Shown: positions 44,150 to 56,447 of the stretch, piece by piece
How positions within the stretch are numbered: position 1 is the stretch's first letter
How the letters are laid out: each line of letters starts with the position of its first letter
NCBI GenBank assembly: GCA_018402195.1
Contig: JAGYIW010000004.1
Location: forward strand, 2,607-66,606
DNA from: Gammaproteobacteria bacterium
GTDB lineage: Bacteria; Pseudomonadota; Gammaproteobacteria; M30B25
Direction: 5' to 3'
DNA length: 64,000 nucleotides
Made by a program: the position numbers and the translations under genes
The notes under the pieces: model-generated
What the model was told of the DNA's origin: nothing
Seen by the model: only the letters and a program-made list of their open reading frames with translations
Databases searched by the model: none

Positions 44150-45500
44150 GTGGATGACGGGGGCACATCAAGACGATGCCACCCAGCAGAAATCCTTCAT
44201 ATCGCCACAAAGCTCCTACGGCTGCGCGCGTTCAGGTGGTAGAAATCCTAAGCTAATGGCGATGATGCAGCAAGTTAGCCCCATGCCAGCGATAAGCCGC
44301 ATGCCAATTTTGCCGCCAGGTATTTGGAAGGCACGGCTGATGTGGATATTTTTGTCGCAGTTTTAGCCCTGTGGCAAATAAAATGTTTTGTGGCCAGGCC
44401 CATTTGTGCAGTCATGGCAGTGAGCACCCAATAGCCACTTTCGATAGAGGGCATGAGTATCAATACACTGCATAAACCTGTGAAAATCATACCCTGTGGC
44501 AATAGGATAGTGACAGGCACCTTGTGCTGGTTGGTGTAGCTCCAAGATGTGGGCAGGTTGCCGTCTTGCGCGGCGATGAGTATGCCTTTGGTAGGACCAA
44601 TAATCCAGGCAGAAACATTGCCTAATCCACTGAGAATAATCATAATGCCAACCAATGGTAGTAGCCAATTGAGGTGCTGGTTATCTAGCATGGCTGCAAA
44701 GGCTTGGGTAAGCCCGTTGATAACGTTAAGGTTGTGGTTGGGTACGGTGGATGGCAATGGCCAATGAGCCAAGTATCAGTGAGCCAAGGATTATGCCTGT
44801 AGATAGTAAGATGGCTTGGGTAAGTAAGTTTTGCCAGGGAGTGGCAATGTCATCTGCGGTACTGACATTTCTATACCGAGTAGGCCAAATAAAAATCGTG
44901 AGAAAAAGCGAGGTTTTGTCCATGGCCGTTTCTGTAGGTCAGAAATACTGCAAGCCAATGGGGGTGGCGATGGGCTGGTCTTGCCACAGCCATGTCATGC
45001 CTAACCCTCAACCCTAAGGGTATTAAGGTGCCAACGATAGCACTGAATGCACTGAACGCAGCAGAAAATTGCATGCCAAAGCAATTTAACCAGGTCGCTC
45101 CCAAAACAAGCCCAAAACTAAGGCTAGGATGAGGCCATGGTGTTGTGCCCAATTTGGAAAGAAGATGTTAAGACCAGTTTCGACAATGAATACCAAAATG
45201 GTTGGGAACCAAATCAAGTTAAATATCCATTGCATCCATATGGTTAAAAAGCCCACCGATCGCCAAAGGCTTCGCGCAGATGTAAGCCTCGCCCCGCGAT
45301 GGCCAGCGAGAGTTCTGCAGTGATATTAGGGCAATAGGGAATAAAGAATGTGATGGTGGCGACAAGATAGTAAACAACAGACTGGGGAAGCCATATTCTG
45401 CACTGAATGGTAGCGTGCGTAAGTTGGCGACTGCCATGATGTTAATCATGGTGAGGGTAAAGACGCCTAATTTTTTTCCCACCAGAAGATGCAATAGCAA
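44150..45500 (-). pseudogene. APC-superfamily amino-acid permease, multiply frameshifted
   Basis: Minus-strand fragments 45219-45500, 44871-45152, 44726-44923 and 44275-44772 lie in different frames. The N-terminal text KKLGVFTLTMINIMAVANLRTLPFSAEYGF is typical of GadC/YjeM-like permeases. The 3' boundary is approximate. Confidence 0.7.
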
Positions 45501-45515
45501 TCATGATGATTTTCC

Positions 45516-46362
45516 CTAGAAAATTGCCATGAGATTCCCCATTTTGACCGCTTTGTCAATGGGCAGCTGGGCTTGCCATTCAACCAAATTCTCAGAAAAT
45601 AACACTAAGATGGATGAGCCAAACTGAAATGTCCTAGTTCATTACTCTTTGGTAAGAGGTTCATTGAGTTTGTAGTTGTGACGGGTGATTTTGGGGCTGC
45701 TAGGATCCGGGCAAACGGCGCCCGCCCAGTGGGTATGAATGCTACCTACTAAAAGCACCAACAAAGATGACTGCCATTTGGCCTCTGGGACATCGAATGT
45801 GCTAATTACCCGTTCGTTACGAAGCAATGTCTTTGGGAGCCGTCAGATTTTCATTTACGGAAAACAATTGTCCAGGTACGCTAAGCATGGGTTAATGTGC
45901 CTGAAAGTGGAGCATGTACACGGTGATAATTGTGTGGTGCTAGTAGTAGAGGGCAAAATCACCTCTTGGTAAAGGGGGCGCTGAAATTATGGTATTCTCC
46001 AAAGAGAGACTCTATTGTGTAATCATGGCCTTTGATGTTGATGTGCCGGTGATTTTGCACTTTCTTGGCCTATGTATAATTTAGAGTGCCATCCACCGGG
46101 GATGTAAATCGCTGGTTCGGGGGCGAGTGGTCTGGCGTCAGGTTTGAGCTATGAGTGAAAAGGTCGTTGAGGCTGGTAAATTGCTCTGTTTGGGCTTCTG
46201 ACAAGTCAATGTTTAGTTGTTTTATGGCCATGCGAATGGCGAATTACAAATCTAGGACTTTTTGCAGTTGGCCAATCGCCCCATCAGGCGTGAAAGGGAG
46301 TGTTGAAGCTTGGAGGATATAGACACAGGTAATGCAACGAAGCTGGTGATTGATTTTGCCAT
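45516..46362 (-). pseudogene. psd: Phosphatidylserine decarboxylase, full length but riddled with frameshifts and in-frame stops
   Basis: Pieces recovered in different frames: LSRLMGRLA; NIDLSEAQTEQFTSLNDLF...SPVDGT; LAPHNYHRVHAPLSGTL; PGQLFSVNEN; LLRNERVISTFD...HTHWAG. A tandem in-frame TAA TGA precedes FQFGSSILVLF, the G-S self-cleavage site region. Confidence 0.72.
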
Positions 46363-46418
46363 TATGACGGATTTTACTATAAATTACCATGAGATAAGGA
46401 AAAGGAATATTGATGGTT

Positions 46419-47514
46419 ATGCAAATTTATATTTGGTGGGTGGTAACTTTAGGGACGAATTATTAGGGGCGTGTGGTCACCGAGAAGGATTGCGTGTCGT
46501 TGGTGCTACTGTTGATGAGATGTTGGCGCAGGGCCATGTGTCAGTAGGTAAAGATTTTCCGGTTTTTCTCCATCCTGAGACAGGTGAAGCGAATATGCGT
46601 TGGCAAGAACTGAGCGTAAATCTGGTCACGGCTATCATGGTTTCACTTTCCATACGGGTTCTGGAAGTGACGATTGAGGGATGATTTGTGCAGGCGTGAT
46701 TTGACCATCAACGCCATGGCCCGTTTGACTGGCGATAATGTGTTGATAGATCCTTATGGTGGGAGAAAGGATTTGCAAGGCAAGGTGCTGCGGCATGTGT
46801 CTGAAGCTTTTGTTGAAGATCCTGTTCGTGTACTGCGTTTGGCCCGCTTTGCGGCTTTTTTCCCTGATTTTGAAGTTGCTGATGAGACTATGACTTTGTT
46901 GCAAGAGATGGCGAAGAGCGGAGAGTTGGCGAATTTGGTGCCTGAACGCGTTTGGCAAGAATTGGGCAAGGCACTGTCGGCAGAGGCACCACAGCGTTTT
47001 TTTGCTGTATTGCTAATGGGGAGGTGCTGTCCATTTTGATGCCTGAGCTTGTGGGGATTCAGGATGGCTTATCAATTTATAGGGCAGGTTGTTCAAGTTT
47101 TGGAGGATGTAAAAGGGCGTTTTTTGCAGCGATTTGGGGGCGATGCAGTTTGAAGCTTTACAAGCTATGGACACAAGAGTACGTGTGCCATCGGCAGCTA
47201 TGGAGATGGCGCAGATGGTAAGCAAACATGGTGAAAAAGTGACCCAATTGGATGCTTTGTCAGCTGAAGATTTGCTGGCAATATTTGAACAATTAGACAT
47301 TATTCGTCGTGAAGACCGTTTCGGCAATGGTTACAAGTAGCGCAGGTAGTGCATGGTGTCACGGTAGATATTGAGCGTTTACAGCGAGGTTTTTATTGCG
47401 TGTCAGCAAGTTGATGTAGCTGCATTGCAGGCGCAAGGGTTTTTTGGCGCTGATTTGGGCAAAGCTATTCATGACAAGCGCGTTGAGTTGCTTGATGGGG
47501 CGCTAAGTGTTTGA
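46419..47514 (+). pseudogene. cca: CCA-adding tRNA nucleotidyltransferase, frameshifted
   Basis: MQIY then a shift to [12 protein letters not shown]. Also [45 protein letters not shown] and PERVWQEL. The pieces lie in all three frames (ORFs 46310-46684, 46674-47039, 47134-47340) and the C-terminal text ends at 47514. Confidence 0.75.
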
Positions 47515-47754
47515 AATTTTTGCCGCATTGGGCCGCGCAGCGTTGCGCTGGGGATTGTAATTATAGTATTTGTTGTATTGGCGTTGAGTAGCCACTCAGG
47601 TATTAACGCTAACCCTTCCTCCCTAATAGGGGTGCGAGAGGTTAAATGTTATCTATTTAGAGAAGTTGAGTACCGGGTAGGAGCACAAAGGTATAAAGCA
47701 TTTTTGAAGATGAAAGGGAAAGCACGAGGCTGTGAAAAGTGGCAACAATTGGTG

Positions 47755-48912
47755 TTAGTGCTCGAACAGTCGGTCACGCTGATCCATAAGTTGAAATCCT
47801 TGGAGTGGTAGATCAAGATTTTTACCAAAAGCAATGGCCTTAAATAACTCCCCCATACCGCCGGGCAGGGTGAGTTGTTTGATTTGTTGCGATTGTTTGA
47901 GTTGCTCGTTTATGTCGTCGGTTTTCTCTGGAAGCTCGGTAATACCCATGCCCAGTAAAAATCCTGCTTGATGGCAGTAGCCTAATAAGTTAAGTCCTGC
48001 GTTCATGCCAGCTTCTGCCAGCGTGGTGAAATCAACATGAGCAGTGATATCTTGTCCTCCAGATAAAGCAATGGATCGTTATGCACATGGTGTTGCAAAT
48101 GACAGCGGAGGGTACCAGTAATGGGATGATAATATTCATGGCGGTCATGCCATAATCAATCAACAAAATTATGCCACTATCAAGGTTTTCTGCCAAGCTT
48201 TTTAGCCAGGCAGGACCCCTGGCGATTGATCTCAGTAGTGTAGCCGTCTATTTGGGGAATGCCTAGGGCTTGGGCGTGCTCAGCCAATGCTGTCTCAGCT
48301 GGTTTGTTGGCATAAAAACAAGCTTGTTCTCTTGATAATCTACACAAATTTCTTGCCACTGCTGAAATTGAATCATTTGTACAGGCATGGCATCTAGCAC
48401 TTCATTGGCGACGATAACCCCAGAAAAAGTTTGGGTAATGTGTCTATCCACTGTACCAGAGGTGCTTCATCAGTAATTAATTCTGGACATCTATCACGTA
48501 GATGTTTCTCTTGGTGTTCACGTAGATTCTGGCAAGGCTCAAGAATAAAATAATGCTCAGGCAGTTTGTCGTGCTGTTGCCAATAACACAGCATATCTGC
48601 TGCCATGCGCCCGGATCCAGCACCAAACTCACAAACAGAGCCATGACCAAGTCTTTCCATGACCTGGGAGCATTGTTTTGCTAAGCATTGGGCAAAATAA
48701 GGTGATATCTCTGGGGCAGTAATGAAGTCACCGCCTTTGCCCATGGGTAAATTTCGGCTGCGATAATAGCCGTATTGGTGGTGATAAAGACAAAGCTGCA
48801 TGTAGGATTCAAAGGCTAGAGGGCCTTGTTCAGCAATAATTGCGGCAACTACGTCGGTTAGGGCTTGAGCATGCTCTAGGAGTACGGGGCTAGGTTTAGG
48901 CAAAGATGTCAT
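47755..48912 (-). pseudogene. MidA/NDUFAF7-like class I SAM-dependent methyltransferase (DUF185), frameshifted
   Basis: GDFITAPEISPYFAQCLA...EFGAGSGRMAADML lies in 48394-48912 and MGELFKAIAFGK in 47755-48006. The intervening pieces are in other frames. Confidence 0.7.
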
Positions 48913-48954
48913 TTATCTCAATGAGATTAATGGAGTTTTTGTTATACTACCGTA

Positions 48955-50367
48955 TTACACATGATAATTAAAGCCTAGACCTAACCATGTTACTGCAAAC
49001 CTTCTTTTGGTTTCAGGATTGTAGCGTTCTTGCTTCATTATCAAGCTGAGCAAGCCATTTTTACAGCAATGCCACCCGGTGGATAGTCCCAATGTGTTAA
49101 TGTGCCGTTCTGTACGTAGGGCAACATTGAGCATATGGGGGCTGTACGCCAATTTTTGCTCGCCGCCCATGGCAAAAGCGGATACATCAACTACGTGAGG
49201 TTTAGCTCGCCATTTCAGCATGGCTGATCCTGAGAGCAGGTGCTCCATGGTCTCCGTGCTTTCGGGGTGGGATAAGATTTGGTCCATCACGCGGAAAGCA
49301 GCCCAAAACCTGCGCTTTCCGAAAGAACGTCCAGCTGTAGCTGAGAATTGATCTATGCGAATATCTGCGCCATAGCCAGCAGACTTGTAATGCGATCGTG
49401 ACATGCCAACGTCGTAATATTGGCCATGGTTACGATCAAAATACAGTAAAGATGCGTAAGGAATCACAGTTTTGTCGTAAAGTTCTTTAGAGTGGCTGAT
49501 TTGTGCAATATCGATGCGGAAGCCTAAGCGTTTTGTCAGCCCTTGGTCTGCCAAATGTGCCCAAGAAGCAGTAAATCTATCAGTGGATGAATTTTGTCCT
49601 AGGGCAATGGTGTCGTAGGATGCGTGCGTTGCCTGGGCATTGAATTTATCATGGAATCCATCGTAGCCAATACGTGCTGTATGGCTTGATGAGCTCTCGT
49701 AAGGTGAGTGGATACCATCGTTCCCATATTTGGTATAGTAGGCAAAATTTAAGCCGTATCGCATTTTTTTTGCTTCTTTCAGGCCTCTAAGTGCGGGCTG
49801 ATAGTGAGGTGTTACCGCAAGGGCCCGTTTAAATGCAGACTCTGCCATGGCGCGACGGTTTATGAGGATGGCGGTGTAGCCTAGCCCGGTGTAAGAATCG
49901 GCCCACCGTGGGTGTCGATCGAGTACGGCATTAAATTGGCTTTTGGCTTGGTGCGGTTTGCCAATAGCGTATAGGGTCCAACCGTTTAATGAAGCAGCAT
50001 TGTAAGCGATAACTTGCCCGTTTTTTGTGGTTTCTTCAAATGCGGGGACGTTATGCGTGGCCTCTAAGTTGGCAATTTGGGGAAGTTTTAGAATGGCTAA
50101 TGGGTACTGCTTTAGTTTGTATAGGCTATATGCTTGGCCGCGCAGGGCGCTGATATCATCAGGTGTCACTGATAGGGTGTTTTGGAAGACGGTTAATGCT
50201 TGGCTGAAGTCGTTAGCGCGGTAGAATTCCCAGCCCAAATTTTCATTGGCAGGATAGCGGCAGGCTGACTCAGTATGGGGTCCACCGTGAGCACTGTCTG
50301 TAACAGCTGCGGTGGCTATCATGGGCAAAAATAATAGGCTGCTATATAGAAATCTTGATAACGCCAT
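48955..50367 (-). CDS. Outer-membrane protein with N-terminal TPR domain and C-terminal beta-barrel (DUF560/Slam-like architecture, tentative)
   Basis: It has a signal peptide (MALSRFLYSSLLFLPMIATAAV) and TPR-like repeats over roughly aa 40-205. Alternating hydrophobic beta-strand patterns then run to the C-terminus (GLGFNYHV). The family call rests on size and architecture only. Confidence 0.55.
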   Translation of the reverse strand: MALSRFLYSSLLFLPMIATAAVTDSAHGGPHTESACRYPANENLGWEFYRANDFSQALTVFQNTLSVTPDDISALRGQAYSLYKLKQYPLAILKLPQIANLEATHNVPAFEETTKNGQVIAYNAASLNGWTLYAIGKPHQAKSQFNAVLDRHPRWADSYTGLGYTAILINRRAMAESAFKRALAVTPHYQPALRGLKEAKKMRYGLNFAYYTKYGNDGIHSPYESSSSHTARIGYDGFHDKFNAQATHASYDTIALGQNSSTDRFTASWAHLADQGLTKRLGFRIDIAQISHSKELYDKTVIPYASLLYFDRNHGQYYDVGMSRSHYKSAGYGADIRIDQFSATAGRSFGKRRFWAAFRVMDQILSHPESTETMEHLLSGSAMLKWRAKPHVVDVSAFAMGGEQKLAYSPHMLNVALRTERHINTLGLSTGWHCCKNGLLSLIMKQERYNPETKRRFAVTWLGLGFNYHV

Positions 50368-50538
50368 ATCTTTCTCCTTCCTTGGGCAACTCCATTATCC
50401 TAGCATAGTTTCTGGGGAGATGGTAGTTGATTGTGTTGTTAAATGTGATATTATCGGTCTCGATTTATGATATTTGTCTACTGAAAATGTAGGTGTTTGT
50501 TCATTATTTGCGTTTTTTAACTTGTCCTGGATAGGGAA

Positions 50539-53500
50539 ATGCCTGGAAAAGATGCGTCTACTTATTATGCTCAAAATATTAGTAGTCACCGTTTTTGTTG
50601 TGGACTTTATTCACTTGCTTTGGGTGTGAATTATGCAGTAAGTGTAACAAATGTTGACTATCCCAGCACTTTTCCTAAGGGACTTAGAGATAGGAAAGCA
50701 TTCAACTTTCAGGATGACGGCCATAACATTGATGGTTTGGCAACTGTGTTAAAGCAAGAATTGTCTGATGCCATGAAGGAGGATGATGGTTTTAAATTGT
50801 CGCAACGGGAAGAATATGTCAGTGTTATCTATGATGATACGAAGTACACAGATAATTTCTATCAAGCATATCAAAGTGAATTAACTGAAAAAATACGTAA
50901 GACTATTAAAGATTTTACATGTAGATTGACCAGATTAATCCCAAGATGGCCTGGAGAGCCAATTATTTTGGAAAAGAAGTTACAGCTTTTTCTAATTCTA
51001 TTGATGAGGCGGGAATTGTCTTTGATCAGCAGGTTGTTGATGAATTAATGGCATCAAGTTACAAAGGCACCATTGATTCTTTGAAGAAGCTATGTAAGGT
51101 ATTTAGGCGAAGCATGGCAGGCAAAAATATAATCCTAGCAATGACTCAGATGGTAATATTCGAAGTGATTTCTAGTCTTTTGCTCAGAGATGGTTATATG
51201 AGATTGCTTTAAGCAGATTTTTGAGGAAAATTTGTCTGATAGTGATTGCACATCTTGGCCATTGCTTTGGGGCACGTGCACCCAAAACAGCCCAGTCTTG
51301 ACAGCCTGCAAAATTTGTAATGAATCTTTATGTGCGCTGGCAAGTAGAGTCTAATTGGGCCGATATTTTTCTGCTATGTTTGAAAAAAGTGCTAAAGACA
51401 CTTCTTGTTTTTTAACGCCAAGAGAAATTGCTGTTTGGCGGATCGTTGGGAAGTCAATCTTAGTGTTGCTGATGGGTGACTGGCAAAACAACCTCAAGGT
51501 CATGGTGATTCCGTTTCGAAGTCACTATTATCAATCGTTTTGGTAACCATTGGGAGACTTGGCTTGATCCGATTTGTATGATATGGTCATCGGAAAATGG
51601 TTTTGGAGAATCCATTAATATGAAAGAAATAAATCAGTCAGATGAAGTTCAGTTATCCCTGCTACAAACTCAAGTCAGAATGGAGGAGTTCAGAGTTTGG
51701 GAGCAAATCTGATGCTCAACAGGGAGATGACAATCGTTTAGTACCAGTTAGTGATGATGCATGGGCATGCTGACCATCGATGGAAAAAGGTGGGATTTGT
51801 TTACAGGTTTTGCGGGAGCGATCTATCAAGTAAAATTTATGGAATATGCCTTTCAGGCTTTTTCTAATAATAAACTTTAAACTTTTTACCGAAGTGAGGG
51901 GCGTAGGTAAATTGATGATTGTGTGTTGTTTTTAGAGGATCTGATGACAGTGGTTCAAGCCAAACATAGCTATGATGTTGATGGCGTTTACTCTTTAGAA
52001 AATTTACTCCACTCAGCATGATTTGTTTGCTCCTGCAAAGAAGAAAAAGACCAGTCAGATGATGGGTCATCTTCGAGCGATAATAACCAGTCTGACAAAA
52101 ATGGCAAGGATAGAAAAAGCAGCTCTTTACTTACTTTGACAGCTGGCTTAAAATTCAAGCACTTAAGAAGGCTCACCCTGATAAATACAATACAAACATT
52201 AACTATGTTTTTTATACCAACCATGGTTTGCCGAGAAGCAAGGTTTTAGTTTGCTATATAATCAAGATGATGACGTTTTTCTGATTTCTTCTTGTCCGGT
52301 GAAATGACAGGAGATGCTTCGATATCGAAGCTGCTAAGGCCACTCGAGGAAAGTTGCTGGAAAATATTTATGATTATGTGGCTAGCTTGCAAAAGTATAT
52401 TTGAGACGGCCATTGACGAGTTCATTACAGATTTTAAAATCGACTTGATCGGAATAACAATCGTATTGTTGTTGGTAGTGACAAAAACTTGGTTTTGTAA
52501 AGCTGTTGAGAGTCCTAGGACATCAACTTTTGTAAGCTTCTATCTATTTTGAAAACGAAGGTTTATTAACCTCTGTGGAAAAAATGGTCGCTTCAGAAGA
52601 AAACTCTATGAGTTTGTTAAGCGTGACGATATGTCAGCTCTTACCCCTGTAGCGCGAAAAACTTGCTGCAAGACTTAATAAATTGCTCTTTGAGTTATAG
52701 ATAAAGAGACTAAGAAAACCAAGAAAGCTCTTTCGCTGTTTGAGATTCAACTGAAACAGTGGAAGGGGCAACTTTTTGATGTTAGTAAGCCCATGGCCAG
52801 GTCCACAGCATTGATATGGTATTACTGCAATGGTGTGATAGGTGTTGAGGGAACTGATTTATTGAGTCAGGATTTCAGATATCAATGCAAGGAGTAAAAA
52901 GAAAGTTATTGACGGTGTGGCTAGCTTCTTCAAGAATTTTGATTTTAGGGCAAAACCAGATGAAAAGCTTGTCTGACTGAGAGTTTAAAAAAATATGATC
53001 ATTTATCAGTGCGATGAACGCCATTATCATGCGTTCTATGAGTATATGATTGATTTTCTTTACAAAAAGCCATGAACCTAGTTCCCGTGGAGATATACAA
53101 CAGCTGTTTGACAAGATTGCAAAGCAATTTGAGGCTGATTTAGTGGTTGGTCATGGTGATTATTATCAATTCTGGCTTAGGCACCACAGCCCTGTTAGGG
53201 GATTAAACAATGATGCCACTGTTAGCTTTATCTAAATTCATAAATGAAAACAAAAATCATCGTATCCTTCTTATTTACATGCTGAATTTGCTGATTGGCG
53301 CCGCTGCGTGTAGCGGAGGCAATTAATCAGCTTAAAAAAGAAAAACTGCGAATTGATGATCATGGTTTTATGAATGCCCCCAGGTTAGGGGAGAACACGG
53401 GTTGTTTAGCGAAAAATGCGATTTATGGTGATTGATCATGCTGACAAATTGAAGAATCCGTTGGCCTTTCCTAAAGGCTGTCTGCGACCATGGCAAGAAG

Positions 53501-56447
53501 CTGGCTTGTTAGTACAAAACAGAAGAATCTAGTGAAACCATCACAGCGTGTGGATGAGTTGATAGGGGAATACACATAGTAATGTGACAGCTATACAGAA
53601 AGTATTGCTCTAGCAGAGCAAAGATATTGGGAATAATGACGGTATAAATAAAGATGCTCCATCTGATAGTGGTGTTGTCTTACAGGGTATGTTTTATGCT
53701 TTTACTGATTTGATCAAGGATCCTGAATTTAAGTGGATAGTATCTAATCCTTATATAATTTATCGGGCTGTCTGTGCGCAGTCGATCAGCAAGGCTGCTT
53801 GGGATTGTGGATGCGCAATCTAAGCAAAGTAAAAGATATTTGTCCCGCCAACCATTGAGCGGAAAAATTCCAACCTATTCTTGCTGATGAGGTTTTACAA
53901 ACTAAACTTTCTCATGTGCAAATCGCTAATGTGAAGAAAATTTGGCTAATGATAGTGCCACGATACTTGATCTGATAACTTTCAAGATCAGATAAAATCT
54001 TAGGGGATTATCTTTGTCCTATAAATTGAAGGCCAGAGAAAAGACCATTGGCCATTGTTCTGGAAGCACTAGATGCTTGGGCTAGTTTATCTGAAGAAAA
54101 AGAGCACAGGGCCTGCAATAAAGTCATTGTGCTAGGGTGAAGTCCCTGATGGACTGTCTTCATCATTTCTTCACAAGGAAAAAGATTGCCTGTATCAGCT
54201 CTGTGAAGATAGTCAGATCTCTGAAATGCCAGTTCCAGTCGTACATGAAAGACCCTTTAGTCAAAAACAATTTAGTCATGATAGGGCTTACTCAGAAAAA
54301 TCCTGGCCAATCTGTTAGATCGTTTGCAGTATCTGATTATGGCTCAGGTAAGTCCTATCTTGTAGATAAGTTGTGTCAAGCTGGACAAGCTGGGCAAGCT
54401 AATTTTAGGTGGAAAATGTACCCCCTAAAAACATTAAATTTATCAATGGAGAAGTGGTCTTGGTTCAGGTTGCTAATTCACTTCATGCCGGTTCAAGTTT
54501 GGGCCTGTGGGAAATTAAGTTGCTTGAGCTAGACATATTTCTGGCAGTGTTTTGTGGTTGTTGATGGACTCGATGAGATGCAGTCTCAGGATCGAGAAGC
54601 TTTGACTTTACTTTTGGATAAGCTACACGTGCCCATTGTTTGCCCGACTACGCGTCCCAGCGCTTTACCTTTGTTCGTATGACGCCAACGCAGCAATTAC
54701 TTTTAAAAGATTTTAATGATGAGAAAATTGATTTTGTTACAGTTTTTTTTAAAAGATGAAGATGAAAAGATTGAATCATACTCTGAAACTTATTGTGTCA
54801 TGGAAAAAAACATCATGGTTTGAAATTACTTCGGCAAACCGCTGCTATGCCGTATTATTTGTGAGTTAATTGAAGAGGGTGTCATGGCGCTCTACCCAGA
54901 TAAGCCACTTTCACTGGCCAAGCTATTTGATTTTTTCACCCAGGCTAACTTCAGAAAATTCCATAAAGTGCATAATGAGATACCCACCGACTTAGAGGAG
55001 ATAGGCTTTTCATCTTCTATCATATAAGGGCGGCTAGCTGAAGAGGTATCTGTTGCCAAGTTAGACTGGGACTGGGGGTAAAGTTGACTTTTCTGCTGAC
55101 AAAGTTCTTGATGAGGATCTTACTGCACTAGGGATTTGTGACCAGTGTTAAATTGGGTTCCACGGGAGCACGGTGACCACGTTTTGATCATCAAACACAC
55201 ATTGAATTTTTGGGCCCTATTTTGCGGAATCTTGCTGCTGATTCAAAAGATAAACGGCTAGGATTATTTCGCAAAAATATTGGTCTGACATTATTTATAA
55301 CACTAACTTAAATGTGGTTTTCAGTTTTTTCAGGCTTAGTGAGTAGTCGGAGGATTTCTTCTTTAGAGGGGTATGGGGAGGCCCTTTCTTGCTGTTTTGT
55401 CAGTTTCTTGTGATGTTGCTCCTAAGGACTTAGTTGGTAAAGGTATCGATCTTTGGTGGAAAATTGCACAAGCCACTTTGACCAGCCTTGTTGAATGATT
55501 CTGAAGAAGGACGAGGATTGGAGAAAGAAAAGAAGAGTATGGAAATTGGAAGTTTGTTAGCCCATTGATGGTTATACAAGTCAGCTAGGTTCATTTGACA
55601 CTAAATCACCTCAGTCAGCTGATGATATTCTTAAGGATGTGAGACCATGTTTGAATGAAAGGTTAGAAAAGTCTGATACTGATAGTGTGGTTGAAGAAAT
55701 TAAGAGCCGTTTTGAGCGCGTTCATACTCAAAGCAGTTACACAATGAAACTCATGACTATTTGAAAGCTTATGCTGAGCTGGTGTGTATGATAGAAGATG
55801 GGCTAATTGGGTTAGATGATTGCAAGGATACTTTTACCAAAAGTTTTGCCAAAAAGATTGTGTTATTGATATCTTGCGTCGTTTATGCCCAAATAAATGC
55901 TTAGTCAGGACGATACAAATCGATTGTTCAGTAACAGATATGACAGTTATTGGGATCAGCATTATGATTCCCACAGTTAGAGTTTTAGCCAGATCGCTAT
56001 GATGATGCCATGTCTAAGTGTTTAATTAGAAATATCTCGGAAAGGCAAAGGTAATTCAGAAATATCTAACGCCATTGATGTGTTAGAAGACATTTCACGC
56101 ATGCCTTGAGTAAAGAAAGTCTGAGATGTCTCTGATACGTATTTTGAAGTCCAGGAAAAGCTTCCGAGAAAAAATAAGGTATCATTGAGTATCATCTGTT
56201 TGTGTTGCAGGATCGTGATGAATTGATGAAGTTCATTTCTAATGCTTTGATTGACTGCTAATAAGCCAAAAGATGAGGGTAAGTTAAAGGAGATTTTATA
56301 TGAGCTTGAAAAATACTTTAAAGTTGCTGTTTCATTTTTGCAGTTATTACAGCGTCGCTTTATTGGCTGACGAGGGTCAATTCCGAGCTGAAAGGCATAA
56401 TTACTTGTAAGATTGGGCCTGAGGGACTTTCAAAAATAATCCTAGAT
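50539..56447 (+). pseudogene. Heavily decayed large gene(s) on the + strand, including a relic NACHT NTPase module (~54300-55250)
   Basis: Dozens of short same-strand ORF pieces in all frames. Relic Walker A YGSGKS is at 54338-54355. Walker B VVVDGLDEMQSQDREAL starts at 54554. KPLLCRIICEL and RFDHQTHIEFLG (55180-55215) are NACHT-typical. Confidence 0.6.
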
